NCBI GenBank assembly: GCA_963666975.2
Contig: CAXVYR010000004.1
Span: 672,001-736,000 of the forward strand
DNA from: Terriglobia bacterium
GTDB lineage: Bacteria; Acidobacteriota; Terriglobia; 2-12-FULL-54-10
Reading direction: 5' to 3'
Length of the DNA: 64,000 nucleotides
Shown: positions 52,493 through 63,801 of the stretch, in pieces
Layout of the letters: each line of letters begins with the position of its first letter
Position numbering within the stretch: the stretch's first letter is position 1
The notes under the pieces: model-generated
Databases searched by the model: none
What the model was told of the DNA's origin: nothing
Seen by the model: the letters and a program-made list of their open reading frames with translations, nothing else
Translations under genes and position numbers: made by a program

Positions 52493-55400
52493 TTAGAAAT
52501 AGAATTTGAGTCCCAGTTGGATCACCCGTGCTGGCCTTTCGGGATCAAGCACCTGGGTAGTCTCTCCGAACTGCCCGCTGTTGACGTCGTTGTTGGGGTC
52601 GTCAAACTGCGGGGTATTCCATGCGTTGAGGAACTCGAACCGAAGCTCAAACCGCTGCTGCTCGTCAATGTGGAACTCTTTGAACAGGGAAAGGTCCGAG
52701 TTGTGATGCCACCAGGAGCTAAGACTGCTGCTACCACAGTTGCCAAAGGTGAACACGGCAGGTTGAGCGAACGCAGGGCTGCCGGGAAACAATTGCGCAA
52801 ACCGCTCGACTGTCCTTGGGCCCGACGGATCGCCGAAACAGTCTGCTCTGGAAACGTGGCCTCCACCGGTCTGACTGGCATCGCTGGCGAAGATGGCGAT
52901 GGGGACTCCGCTCGTGGAACTGACAATCCAGTTGAACTGCCAGTTGCCCAACAGCCTGCCCGCAAGCCCCTTGTTCAACAATGGCTGCCCATGCCCAAAG
53001 GGTAACTCCCACACGCCGTTTGCCACGACGCGGTGCCGTTGGTCGAAGACCAGCCGGCCGTAGTCGGCGGCAAGATCGTGAGCGTTCTGTGGCCGGTCCA
53101 GGACAGTGCCGGGGCCGCCTGACAGGTTGTCGCCTACATTCCCCAATGCCTTTCCCCAGGTATAAGCGACGTTGAACGTGTATCCCCGCGAGAACCGCTT
53201 GCGCACGTTCACCTGAAGGGAATGGTAATTGCTGTTGCCGTCGCTCGCCGTAAAATTGCTGATGTCGGCAAAGTCCGGGAGGGGACGCACCGCCGGGCCG
53301 ACTCCAGGGGTCAGGATGATTCCCTGGTTGATGTTCCGCTGCTTGCGCAATTTGTGGTTTACCTGTCCCACGTAGGAGACATCCACCGCCAGGTTTGGGA
53401 AAACCTGGATCTCGGGCCCAAAGCTCCACTGCTGAGAATAGGGAGTGCGCGCGTTCATGTCGATGCCGCGAAGTTCCGCTTCGGCTGGGATAGCTCGGTC
53501 GGGACGGCGGGAAACTCGTCTCGAAGCAAAAAATCCCTATTCGGAACCATGGGGCCGATTCCCTGCGGGAAACTGGCGTCAATCACCTGGGGCGGGTTGA
53601 GCGGCAAAGTATCCCGGCTCCCCGCACGATCTTGCGCCTGGAAATAGACGCCGAATCCGCCGCGCAAGACGAACCGCTCCCTGGGGCTCCATGCGAAACC
53701 AACGCGAGGAGCAATGTTATCGCGGTCCGGGTGAACCAGAGATCGGGCAAACACACTTCTCCCCGACGGACCCAGGGTCAGACACGGGAAGGCCGCCAGG
53801 CAGGCCGGGGGTGTAAATTCTCCTTCAAAGGCGGTGACCACCCCTCCCCGGCCCCCGTTGGCGGCAGGGTCAAAGTTCGAGATCAGCCGGTCGCGCTCGA
53901 TCTTCGGCGTGAAGTACTCGTACCGGAGCCCGTAGCTGAGGGTGAAGGCGGGAGTCACTCGCCAGATGTCCTGGCCGTAGAACATCCATCCGTCGGTATA
54001 GGTGTGTGCCACCAACGGTGTAGTCACCTCGATCCTTTCCACCAAGCCCAGCAACAAGTTGGCGACTCCGTCACCGGTCCAAAAAACGGGAATGATGTAG
54101 CGGCCGTTAGGAGCCTTGATATCAAAGAAGGTGTTCAGGGCACGCTTGAATTCAAAACCAAACTTCATTTGGTGGGCGCCGCGGAAAATAGAAAGGTTGT
54201 CGAGGGCCTGCCACACCTGGGAGCGTGCGAATTGGGGACGCCATTCGGCGGTTCCCAGCAGACTGTATCCGGACACGCGAATCGGAGGCAGCCCGAAGGC
54301 TAAGGTGCCTGGCAAGCCCGTCAGTCCGAACTGCGGACCGGCGTCTCCCTTCTCGGCCAGCGGTTCCGAAGTGGAACGGATGAGGTTGAAACCGAAACGA
54401 GCCTCGTTCAGGATGGACGGGCTGAAAGTGTGAAGCCAGGAGAGCGACGCCAGTTGCCCCCGGACTTCGCTCTCGGCGCTGAAGCCTCCGGTGGCAATCG
54501 GATCGGGAAATGGTCCGCGCTCAACGATGGTGTCGACGTCGAGGAACGAATAGCTGCCGTAGAGATTGTCTCTGTCGGTAAGTCGATGATCGATGCGAAC
54601 GTCAAAGTGGCCCGCGTCAAGAGGAATTTCGGGTGCTGAAGTAAAACCGAACGTGCCCTGGTTTGGATCCGGGTATAGTTGCACCAGTGCCATGCCGGCA
54701 GGGTCGCCGCAGGGCCGTCCGTCTGTCCGTAAGGAGGCCAGGTTGATTACGTCATTCACCTCGTCCACACAACCCGCAAGCTCCGGAATCACATCGGATG
54801 GATCCCTCAGGTCCCGGACGCCTGCAAAGATCCCATTTTTCATTGCAGACGTCGGCACCGTACCGCTGGCGGTCCTGCCTTCTTTCGCATTGGTCAACTG
54901 ATAGTCCGCAAAAAAGAAGGTACGATCGCGCAGGATCGGCCCACCCAAAGCAAAGCCCGCCTGGTTGCGTTTTTGCTCGGGGGATTCCAGTGCGGCGCGG
55001 TTGACAAAGAAATCCGTTGCGTTCCAGTTGTCGTTGCGATGAAACCACCAACCGGAGCCGTGAAATGTGTTGGTGCCGGATTTGATTTCCGCGTTGACCA
55101 CACCTCCCACGGCCCAGCCAAAGTCGGCGGTATAAGTGCGCGTCTGGATTCGGAATTCGCGTAGCGCATCTGGCGGCGGAGAAACTACCTGGGGGCTTCG
55201 CTCCTGCGCGTTTTGTGTGTAGGTGTTATTATCCACTCCGTTCAATACAAAGTAGTTCTGAAGAGAGAAGTTGCCATTTACATTGATGCGGCCTTCGCGC
55301 GGATTGTCCCGAACTCCTGGAGCCGGCAGAACACCGGGGCTGAGCAGCATCAAGTCAACATAGCGCCGACCGTCGAGCGGCAAGTCGAGAATTCTGTTGT

Positions 55401-55812
55401 TCTCAACCAAGGAAGCCACATCCGCAGATCCGGGTTGGATCAATGGTTGTGCTGCCGTTACCTCAAGCACTTCGTGCACGGGACCTGGTTGCATCACGAA
55501 ATCGACTGTTAGGCGGTCGTTCACATGCAAAACAAGACCAGTGCGAATGGAGGTCTGAAATCCGGATGCTTCAGCACGAATCTGGTATGGGCCGGCTCGC
55601 AAATTGGGTGCAACATACACCCCAACCTCGTTCGTCATTACCTCAGTCGCAACCCGCAACTCCCCATGAGTTATCGTTATCTTAGCTCCCGGAATAACGG
55701 CTTCGGTTGAATCCGACACAATGCCCGCAATCACTCCGGCGTTGGTCTGGGCATTCGATACGGGTGCCACAATCAAGCCCAAACATACCGCTATTGCCCA
55801 CCAATACAACAT
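52493..55812 (-). pseudogene. TonB-dependent receptor (Oar-type with carboxypeptidase-like N-domain), frameshift near 53490
   Basis: Two overlapping ORFs form one receptor ending in RVIQLGLKFYF. Confidence 0.88.
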
Positions 55813-56144
55813 TGATTTCCCTCAAGAGGCCTCAACTGGTATTTTCCAGCTACGATTTGCCAGGATGGACTGATGCAACCTGATCAATTCGCTCACACAT
55901 CGTGGATGAGGATTTCCGATTTGGGTTTCCTCACACCGCCAGTGTAGTTGTGAAGCCTGTCTGCCGCAACTGCCCAGCCCGATATTTTGTGCCAGTGACA
56001 GTGAGAGTCTGCATCACAACCTGGGACTGTGAAACTGGATTCCAGACAGGGCTGTGACTTCCCGATGCCGATGGCTGATAGCCAAGTGCCTGCCACTTAG
56101 CTGATGAGTCGGTTTACTGGAGAAGTGATCGCCCTCCCTGGAAC

Positions 56145-56440
56145 TCAGTCCAGGAGGCAAGTCCCAGATTATTCCCCATACGTCGCCTACTGTTTATCGG
56201 CGAATCCGCAGGTCAATCCGAAGTTCTGCCCGAATGACGGCGTACTCGGAAACAATTCGCTGATTCCGGTGCAGTGGGATCGACGCTCTCGTCAGAATCC
56301 TGCAAAGCGGTCCCCAAGTCCGGTTCTGGGAAGAGTCGATCTCGCACAGCAACGGCGATAGATCCTCTGTAACGCCGTACTGGTGAGTAATCCTGCCCGC
56401 CGGATAGGTCGCCACTAGGCGACTAGGCGGGACCTATCTC
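56145..56440. repeat. Dispersed non-coding repeat upstream of the TonB receptor
   Basis: Aligns with 14345-14530 and 49171-49225. Confidence 0.85.
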
Positions 56441-56473
56441 CGCGAACGTTGTCCGAAGAAGTTGGGCCGGATG

Positions 56474-56605
56474 GACCACTTGTCCGGATTGCCGACTATC
56501 CCTCCATTGAGGCTGGCAGCTACACGCGGTGCTGGGCTATAGACCCCCGGCGACCACTTGTCCGGATTGCCGACTATCCCTCCGATGCTGGGCTATAGAC
56601 CCCCG
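56474..56605. repeat. Local tandem duplication with internal deletion
   Basis: gaccacttgtccggattgccgactatccctcc and tgctgggctatagacccccgg each occur twice in A-x-B-A-B order. Confidence 0.85.
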
Positions 56606-56799
56606 GGCCTGTAATCCCTTCCTTCCCCCAAAACCAGTTTCACAACCCCGGGCTGTAATGTAAACTCTTTCAGTCACGCTGGCACAAAAGATCGGTCTGG
56701 TCACCCCTGGTTGACGGGCCAGTGGCTGGGTCGCCGAGCATGGCCGCTGTACTCGATTGCCTGACAGACCGTTACCCGGAGAACGGAGCCTCCTCAGAT

Positions 56800-59700
56800 A
56801 TGACCCGACCGCGCACGACCTACGCGCTGGACCTGGACACGTCGTCCTTCGTCGTCGAGGAGTACAACTGGGCGCCCGCGTTCTCGAACTTCCTCCCCGG
56901 TATCGCCGGGGCGTGGGGGATCCCGCTGTGGGCGTATTACGTCAACCGCGGACAAGCGATGACCTCCGTGGGCGTTCGCGACAAAGACGGGCAGATCCTC
57001 GAGTTCTACTCGCTGAATAAGGCCGTGATGCGTATCGAGCGCGAGGGCTTCCGGACGTTCGTTCGGATCGACGGCGGGCCCGTGTACGAGCCCTTCCGCA
57101 GAACCGAGCGCAACGGTATCTCGCAGACGATGATCATCTCCTCGGCGGAACTGGTCCTGCGTGAGCGGAACGATCCCCTGGGCCTCGAGATCGAAGTCGT
57201 GTACTTCACGCTGCCGAACCTGCCCGTGGCGGCCATGGCGCGGCAGGTGCGCCTGCGCAACCTCGCGGCCCAACGCCGGCGCGTCGAGTGGCTCGACGGC
57301 GCCGCGCGGATCATCCCCTTCGGCGTGGGGCTCGAGCGCAGCAAGGCAATTCCGCGTCATATCGAAGCGATGATGGGCGTGTGGAACGTTCACGGCGTCC
57401 CCCTGTTCCGACTCAAGCAGAAGCCCGAGGATCTTGCGCAGGTGGGCAGCCTCTCGGGGGGGCATTTCTACCTTGCGGCCGGTACCCGGCTCGGCCAGGG
57501 GCTCGTCGTCGACCCGGATGCAGTGTTTGGCGACGAGATCAGCCGCGACCACCCCTGGCGGTTCGAACGCGAGGGTGCGCCTGGCGTCCTCGCCGCCACG
57601 GCGTACCACGACAACAAGACGCCCGCAGCGTTTGTCGTTCGAGCGGACCAGCTGGCCGCCGGCGCCGAGGTCACGCAGAGTTCCGTGTTGGGCCATGTCC
57701 CGCGTGACGCGGACCTACTACCGCTTTTGTCGGCTATGCGGAGCCAGGACTTTTTCCATCGCAAGCGCTCCGAGAATGCCCGAGAGGTTGCCGAGATCGC
57801 GGGTCGTTGCTTCACTGTCTCGTCATCGCCCACGTTCGACGCCTACGCGCAGCAGAACTTCCTTGACAACGTCGTCCGTGGCGGCATGCCCAGGGTGTTT
57901 CAGACAGCGCGCGGTCCTAGCGCCTGTTACCTGTTCGGCCGCCGGCATGGTGGCTTGGAGCGCGACTACCACCACTTCGTCGTCGAACCCACCTATCTGT
58001 CGCAGGGAAATGGGTTCTACCGGGACGTGCTCCAGAACCGGCGGAGCGACACGTTCTTCTTCCCGGAAGTCGAAGACGCCAACCTGGTCACGTTTCTCAA
58101 CCTGTCGCAGTTGGATGGTTATAACCCGCTCGGTGTCGACGAGGTGACCTACCGCGTGGCGGACCAAGCGGCCCTTGGGGGATGGCTGCGGCGCAACGTC
58201 TCCTCTGCACCGGTCCGCGCCGACCTGCGCCGCTGGATGCAGAAGTCGTTCAGCCCGGGCCAGCTCGTGATGTGGCTCGAGGCAGGCACGGGCCGTCCGG
58301 TGCGCGATCGTGAGCGGGTCACCCGGGAGGTTCTGGCGTTCTGCGCTCAGAACGAGGTCGGCAGCCTGCACGAGGGCTTCTGGTCGGACCACTGGCACTA
58401 CAACTTCGACCTGCTGGACGCGATCCTGATGGTCTTTCCCGATCGCCTCGAGGACCTGCTGGTCGGGCGCCGCGTCTACACGTTCTTCGACGATCCGGAT
58501 GTCGTTCTGCCGCGGTCGGAGAAGACGGTGGCGGTCGGGGCGAAGATTCGTTGCTACGGCACCGTGATCCGAGACGGTGAAAAGGAGCGCTATATCCGGG
58601 CCCGGAAACACGATCCCTACACAGTTCGGACGCGGTACGGTCGCGGGACGATCTACAGGACGACGCTGCTCGTTAAATTGCTGTGCCTCGTCACGAACCG
58701 GCTCGGCACGCTCGATCCGGCCGGCACCGGCATCGAGATGGAGGCCGGCAAGCCGGGGTGGAACGATGCGCTCAACGGTCTGCCGGGCCTCTTCGGGTCC
58801 GGGCTCTCGGAGCTGCTCGAGCTGCGACGGGCGCTCCGGTTCATGCGAGACGCGCTCGACCGGATCGGCCGTCCAGCGTCCGAGACGTTACCCGTTTACG
58901 AGGAGCTCGCCGGGTTCGTGCGCACCCTGCGGCGAATCATTCGGCGCCGCCTGCGGTCACGCGCCGAGGGCGCGGCCTTTCGCTACTGGGACTCGGCCAA
59001 CACTGTCAAGGAACGCTACCGAGACCAAACTCGGCTCGGTGTCTCGGGTCTCACGGTCGACTTGTCGTTCCGCGAAATCCGCGGCTTCCTTGCGGACGCC
59101 GGGACGTTGCTCGACGCCACATTCCGACGCCCCACCCGCGCACAGGTGATGTCGCCCGGCGGCGTTCCGTACACCTACTTCCTCAACGAGATCGTCAAAC
59201 ATCGGCCGCTGTCTCGCCGGAACCATCAGGGATTCCCGCTGGTCAAGGCCGTGGGCTTCCGGCAGCGTCCGGTGAGGCTGTTCCTGGAAGGGGCGGTCCA
59301 CTGGATGAAGGACCGCCCCGAGGAAGCTGCAGACATCTACCGCGCCGTGCGCCGCTCAGGGGTCTTCGACCGCAAGCTCGCAATGTACAAAACGTCTGAG
59401 GACATGACGGGAGAGACGACCGAGCTGGGGCGTTCCGTCGGTGCTTATCCGCGCGGTTGGATCGAGAACGAGTCGATCTACCTGCACATGCACTATAAAT
59501 ATCTGCTCGAGGTGCTTCGGGCCGGGTTGTATGCGGAGTTCTGGAAGGACGCTCGGACCGGGCTGATCCCCTTCCTCGATCCAGCGGTCTACGGGCGGAG
59601 TACGCTTGAGGGGGCATCGTTCGTGGTTTCGAGCGCCTATCCCGACGAGCGGTTTCACGGCCGCGCCTTCCAACCGCGCCTGTCGGGCATGACCACGGAG

Positions 59701-60096
59701 TTCATCAGCATGTGGCTTCTGGCACTGGTCGGCTCACAGCCCTTCCGCGTGGCCACGAACGGAAACCTGACGCTGACCCTCGAGCCGCGGCTACCCGATT
59801 GGCTGTTCACCGAGCGCCAGACGAAGCGTCGGTACCACGACCCGCTGGATGGCTGGGGCGAGGTGAGCGTCCCGAAGGACGGTCTGGCGTTCAAGTTGCT
59901 GGGCCGCGTCCTTGTGGTGTATCGAAACCCGCGGCGTCGACCGACGTGGGGAGCCCGCGGGGTGCAGCCGATCGCGTACCGGCTCGAGTACCGCAGCGGA
60001 CAGGTTGTCGAGCTCGGCTGCGCCACGGTCGCTGGTGCGCACGCCGAGGCTGTGCGCGAAGGTGCGGTCCGCCGCATCGACGTCACGCTTCGGTAG
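56800..60096 (+). CDS. Large glycoside phosphorylase-like ((alpha/alpha)6, GH94-like) protein
   Basis: FSNFLPGIAG.WGIPLWAYYVNRGQ, SQGNGFYRDV.QNRR, EMEAGKPGWNDALNGLPG, GWIENESIYLHMHYKY. Confidence 0.65.
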   Translation: MTRPRTTYALDLDTSSFVVEEYNWAPAFSNFLPGIAGAWGIPLWAYYVNRGQAMTSVGVRDKDGQILEFYSLNKAVMRIEREGFRTFVRIDGGPVYEPFRRTERNGISQTMIISSAELVLRERNDPLGLEIEVVYFTLPNLPVAAMARQVRLRNLAAQRRRVEWLDGAARIIPFGVGLERSKAIPRHIEAMMGVWNVHGVPLFRLKQKPEDLAQVGSLSGGHFYLAAGTRLGQGLVVDPDAVFGDEISRDHPWRFEREGAPGVLAATAYHDNKTPAAFVVRADQLAAGAEVTQSSVLGHVPRDADLLPLLSAMRSQDFFHRKRSENAREVAEIAGRCFTVSSSPTFDAYAQQNFLDNVVRGGMPRVFQTARGPSACYLFGRRHGGLERDYHHFVVEPTYLSQGNGFYRDVLQNRRSDTFFFPEVEDANLVTFLNLSQLDGYNPLGVDEVTYRVADQAALGGWLRRNVSSAPVRADLRRWMQKSFSPGQLVMWLEAGTGRPVRDRERVTREVLAFCAQNEVGSLHEGFWSDHWHYNFDLLDAILMVFPDRLEDLLVGRRVYTFFDDPDVVLPRSEKTVAVGAKIRCYGTVIRDGEKERYIRARKHDPYTVRTRYGRGTIYRTTLLVKLLCLVTNRLGTLDPAGTGIEMEAGKPGWNDALNGLPGLFGSGLSELLELRRALRFMRDALDRIGRPASETLPVYEELAGFVRTLRRIIRRRLRSRAEGAAFRYWDSANTVKERYRDQTRLGVSGLTVDLSFREIRGFLADAGTLLDATFRRPTRAQVMSPGGVPYTYFLNEIVKHRPLSRRNHQGFPLVKAVGFRQRPVRLFLEGAVHWMKDRPEEAADIYRAVRRSGVFDRKLAMYKTSEDMTGETTELGRSVGAYPRGWIENESIYLHMHYKYLLEVLRAGLYAEFWKDARTGLIPFLDPAVYGRSTLEGASFVVSSAYPDERFHGRAFQPRLSGMTTEFISMWLLALVGSQPFRVATNGNLTLTLEPRLPDWLFTERQTKRRYHDPLDGWGEVSVPKDGLAFKLLGRVLVVYRNPRRRPTWGARGVQPIAYRLEYRSGQVVELGCATVAGAHAEAVREGAVRRIDVTLR

Positions 60097-60159
60097 GCGC
60101 TCACAATCCCGCCGCCGGCGGCCAGGTGGCAGTGGGATCGCCGTAGGTCGTCGCAAACA

Positions 60160-60225
60160 TGGCGAGGGAGAAGGATTTGACCCCCCCGACACGGTTTGCC
60201 GTCTAACGGTTTTCAAAACCGCGAC
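60160..60225 (-). tRNA. Degenerate 3' part of tRNA-Ser(UGA); possible att-site remnant
   Basis: Minus strand: GCGGT-TTTGAAA-ACCGT anticodon arm, long variable arm, GGTCAAATCC T-arm and CCA end; 5' half absent. Confidence 0.7.
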
Positions 60226-60310
60226 ATATCAGGCGGAGTCAAGAACCGCTGACTGTCGAGAAGCCATACACGAGATTTGACGAAGCCTTTATGAAGGCCC
60301 GCTGGCACGC

Positions 60311-60436
60311 GATATTTCCTCGGACGGACGACGCTTCCTGGCCGTCCAGCCCGTTGACCAGGAACAGCCTGCAACCAAAATCAACGTCGTCCTCAACTGG
60401 TTCGAGGAACTGAAAGAGAAAGTGCCAGTGCAGTAA
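60311..60436 (+). pseudogene. Orphan kinase-family 3' end (DISSDGRRFL...INVVLNWFEELKEKVPVQ*)
   Basis: 42 codons in frame; no gene body upstream. Confidence 0.85.
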
Positions 60437-60876
60437 CCCACCCACAGACCCCCGAGAGTAGCCCCCTCCCCAGCTTCCCGAAACTGCCTCACAATCGATT
60501 CGTTCCCGCTTCCGAGGCAGCCCCCAGCAGAACAACCCTCAGTGGACCTGTCCGTGGCGATTCCCCATGTGTAACGGCGAAGTGTTTACCTATTCGGCGC
60601 CAGTGGCCGGCCTTGCGGAATCTGGCTCTCCGAAAAGGTAGATTGTCGCCTTACCCCTACCCCCTGTATCAAAGGGTCCCAAACCGTGGCTTGCCAACCC
60701 ATTGAAAAATCAAGAGAGCCGTCTGCGGTTTTGTGCTGTATTAAACCATGTGGTTTAATGGCGAATGGAATTTCTCAAGAAAAAGAGCCAACGCGGAGCT
60801 GGCTCTTTATTTTTGGGTGTGTTTTTTTCTGCCTTTTGGCGTGATTTATTTGTTTTCAAAGAACGGTGTCGGAGTC

Positions 60877-61785
60877 CTACGCCGAGCAGTACTCAAACCG
60901 GATCGGTTGTTTGCTCTTTGAGTGCCACCAGGACTGGAAGTGCGCTGAGGGTTCGACCGGCCAGTCAAGAATTCGAGCGGACACAATAACCGGCAGAGGG
61001 TCAACATTAAACGGGTACGGTTCGCAAACAATACGTCGTTCACTTACTGGTTTCACTTTAATCGTCACTCGGTCCTCCCAGCTTCGCCGAGGAACTTCGA
61101 GCAGGTCGAACCCATCCTCGCCCAGTCCTTTCGCGTTGCCTGAACGGGCCGGGAGGAGCGGGGAGCACAGTGACAGCGACAGCCCATCCAAGAGTTGGAG
61201 CAGTCGAACATGCGGGTTTAAATGTTCCGTATCGACCCAGGCCGCGCAAGCTGGGTCTTTCCGAAGCCGTGCAGTTAACTCGTCCTGTATTTCTTTGAAT
61301 TCGCCAACAAAACTACGAGCAGTGTCGAGTTTATCCCCCATAAGGTGCGTTGACGAACCTTTCCAGAACAACGGATGAGTAAATGCCGGGTCCGGGTCGG
61401 TTTGACATCCGTGGTTATAGAGCCAATACGCATGGAAACTGATGAGCAGACTCACATACGGATGCTTTGGGCTGAAGCGAGGAATTCCGAGTCGCCACCG
61501 ATTCATGGCATCTTGCTGGTTCTTCAGCACATCAATAAGATCCAACGGAAGACCATCGACCACGGAAAGTTCGGGAGTAGCTTCCCATTCCCACCAGCCG
61601 TTGTCGTGCTGGGCAATGGCCAACACTGTCTCGGCCCGTAACCGCTCGGGATCACCCGAGTTGGCGAAGTGTCCAGGACGGGCAAACTCGTCGTTCCCCC
61701 AATTGGCAGCCAGAAGCCCTGCGACTTCAGCATGGTCTGGCTGGCTAACCAACCACATCTTTTTATCTCGCTGAGTTTTGAACAT
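60877..61785 (-). CDS. DUF3891-family protein
   Basis: SQPDHAEVAGLLAANW, AIAQHDNGWWEWE, PYVSLLISFH; GGAGG RBS. Confidence 0.8.
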   Translation of the reverse strand: MFKTQRDKKMWLVSQPDHAEVAGLLAANWGNDEFARPGHFANSGDPERLRAETVLAIAQHDNGWWEWEATPELSVVDGLPLDLIDVLKNQQDAMNRWRLGIPRFSPKHPYVSLLISFHAYWLYNHGCQTDPDPAFTHPLFWKGSSTHLMGDKLDTARSFVGEFKEIQDELTARLRKDPACAAWVDTEHLNPHVRLLQLLDGLSLSLCSPLLPARSGNAKGLGEDGFDLLEVPRRSWEDRVTIKVKPVSERRIVCEPYPFNVDPLPVIVSARILDWPVEPSAHFQSWWHSKSKQPIRFEYCSA

Positions 61786-61814
61786 AGTGTCCTCCGTTGC
61801 TTATTCAGAGTTAA

Positions 61815-63475
61815 GCCGGAATTAGTTTTTTGGCCTTCCGGCGGTTTCGAGAATACGGTCCTTAGCCTTCAATGCAGCCCTTCCAGCGCAGTGTTTTCTC
61901 CGAGATGCTGCCCGCGGCTCTCAGCCGCCCTTTTCGGGTCCCCGAAAACCATCGGCTCGGCTTCCAGAACCAGCTTTTTCAGACAACTCTCCATTCCTGG
62001 GGGATATCGGAATCGTTTTCTTGGGTGCCGCTGCATGAGCTATCCCGACGGAAGCGGCAGCCCATCGATCCGCCCCAGCATACTGGCAAACAGCCGCCGA
62101 GTCAGATGGTTCTCTGCCAAAAGCAGCCAGTAATAGCGCGCATGCTTCACCAGCCGTCCTCCCGTTTTCACCAACCGCTGCTGCAGGCTCGTCAAGGACC
62201 AGTGCCCGATCCTCTGCGGCAATACCAGCCGCCGCCACAGGTTGCCCAGGTTATAGGCGATGATGGTGAGCCACAGCCGCACCTCGTTGGATCGAAACCG
62301 ATGGCAACTCAGCCGCGTCATCTTCACTGCCTGCTTGCCCTCTTTGATCCATTGCTCAGCCGTCCCGCGCTTGTTGTAGAACCGTACCACCGCCCGACTC
62401 GGCAGGGTCAGATTCGTCACGATGAAACCCACTCGCGGAAACAGCTCTCCCTGGTGATGTTCCACCTTGGCAACGACCCGTCTCGCTTTGCTCCAACTCG
62501 CTGCTTGATAGAGAAAGCCCTTGTACTCTACCAACGTCTTCACACTGGGTCTTCCCACCGGACGCGGCAACAGTTCGGCGATATCCCGTTGCAGGTTCTC
62601 GTTCGCGGGTATGCGGATGGCGTACTTCACGCTCCGCTCTTCCAGGGCCTCGAAGACCTCTGGCTTGGCAAAGGCCGCGTCGGCCCGAACCGCGACTTCT
62701 TTTCCCATTCGCTGCTGCCGTTCAATCTCCGGCAAGAGGAACTCTTCCCATCCCTCAGCACTGTGAACGTTGCCAGGACGGAGCTTGCCCGCCAGACAAT
62801 CGCCGCCTCCATTGAACAACAGCAGCGGGTGATAACAGGTGGACTCAAAATGCCCGTGGTAGGCGCTATCCTCCTGTTCGCCGTAGACCGGAATCTCGGT
62901 CGAATCCATGTCCAACACTGTTCGGTGCGGCGAATCGATCCCTTCTGCCTTGCCGATCAGCTCCCGGTTTACCCGTGCCAGCCCCGCGAAGGTCCCCTCC
63001 TCAGCCAGGAGTTCCGTCTCGAAGGTTTGCAACCGGGATGGCAGTGCTGCCCCTCGATCCCAATTCTTCTCGGAACCGATCAGCCGGAAGGTCGGATCTT
63101 GGGAGAGTTTCTCGGCATCGTTCACATCCTCGTATCCAGCCAGGCGACTGTACACGGACTGCCGTAGCAGGTCCGCGAGGGGCAACCGTGTGTTCTTCCC
63201 CCGAGGATCGGCTAGGTGCTGCTTGATGAGTTCACCGAATCCCAATCGTTCGTCCAACTCCCGCACCAGAATCAACCCTCCGTTGGAGGTGACCCTCGAT
63301 CCGTGGAAAGCGACCTTCAACGAGGCATTAAAAGTGAGTTGAAATGGCTGATTTTGTCTCTCACCCATTCGGTGTGAACCTCCGGAAGGGAATGTTGCTG
63401 CTCGAACCAGCATCAATATTGACGTTGGAGGTTAGCAGAAGGTTGCTTCTACGATTTCAAACTGGAAATGCGGGG
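61815..63475 (-). mobile_element. IS1380-family element
   Basis: Flanked by TTAA on both sides; ends CCCCGCATTTCC and a degenerate GCCGGAATT. Boundaries are tentative. Confidence 0.7.
62040..63368 (-). CDS. IS1380 transposase
   Basis: VTSNGGL, GYEDVND, LDMDST, VRADAAF, YNKRGTAEQWIKEGK. Confidence 0.93.
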   Translation of the reverse strand: MGERQNQPFQLTFNASLKVAFHGSRVTSNGGLILVRELDERLGFGELIKQHLADPRGKNTRLPLADLLRQSVYSRLAGYEDVNDAEKLSQDPTFRLIGSEKNWDRGAALPSRLQTFETELLAEEGTFAGLARVNRELIGKAEGIDSPHRTVLDMDSTEIPVYGEQEDSAYHGHFESTCYHPLLLFNGGGDCLAGKLRPGNVHSAEGWEEFLLPEIERQQRMGKEVAVRADAAFAKPEVFEALEERSVKYAIRIPANENLQRDIAELLPRPVGRPSVKTLVEYKGFLYQAASWSKARRVVAKVEHHQGELFPRVGFIVTNLTLPSRAVVRFYNKRGTAEQWIKEGKQAVKMTRLSCHRFRSNEVRLWLTIIAYNLGNLWRRLVLPQRIGHWSLTSLQQRLVKTGGRLVKHARYYWLLLAENHLTRRLFASMLGRIDGLPLPSG

Positions 63476-63589
63476 TTAATAATATCTCTCGGCATTTTCA
63501 TGATTGGATTGGCTTGGAAGGCATGAACGCAGTGACGAGTGATAAAGTGATAAGAGGAGACAGAAGGCAGAGGTCAGGAGTCAGAATGA

Positions 63590-63750
63590 AAAGCAGATCC
63601 CCCTCGGCAATCCCTCGGCTTCGCTCGGGACATGGCTCGGGGCAGGCTTTCGCGGAGTTTACCCTGAGCAACGCCGAAGGGCTCAGGATGACCGCCCGCA
63701 GGGCGGTCAATCCGAGCCGCGACCTCTTCGGCTTCGCTCAGGGCAGGCTG
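63590..63750. repeat. REP-like palindromic cluster
   Basis: ccctgagc..gctcagga and cttcgctcagggcaggct-type units. Confidence 0.65.
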
Positions 63751-63801
63751 TGAGGGAGCGGTCAAAAATGATGAGAAAAGTGAGGAGCCAAGAGTTAGAA
63801 T

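Noticed and set aside
56474-56605. Possible mini CRISPR array
   Set aside because: Only two 32-bp copies, the intervening sequence is itself partly repeated, and no cas1/cas2 is present.
61872-63167. 431-aa + strand ORF
   Set aside because: Antisense shadow of the IS1380 transposase; the same applies to long antisense ORFs over IS256, rpoD and the NHL genes.
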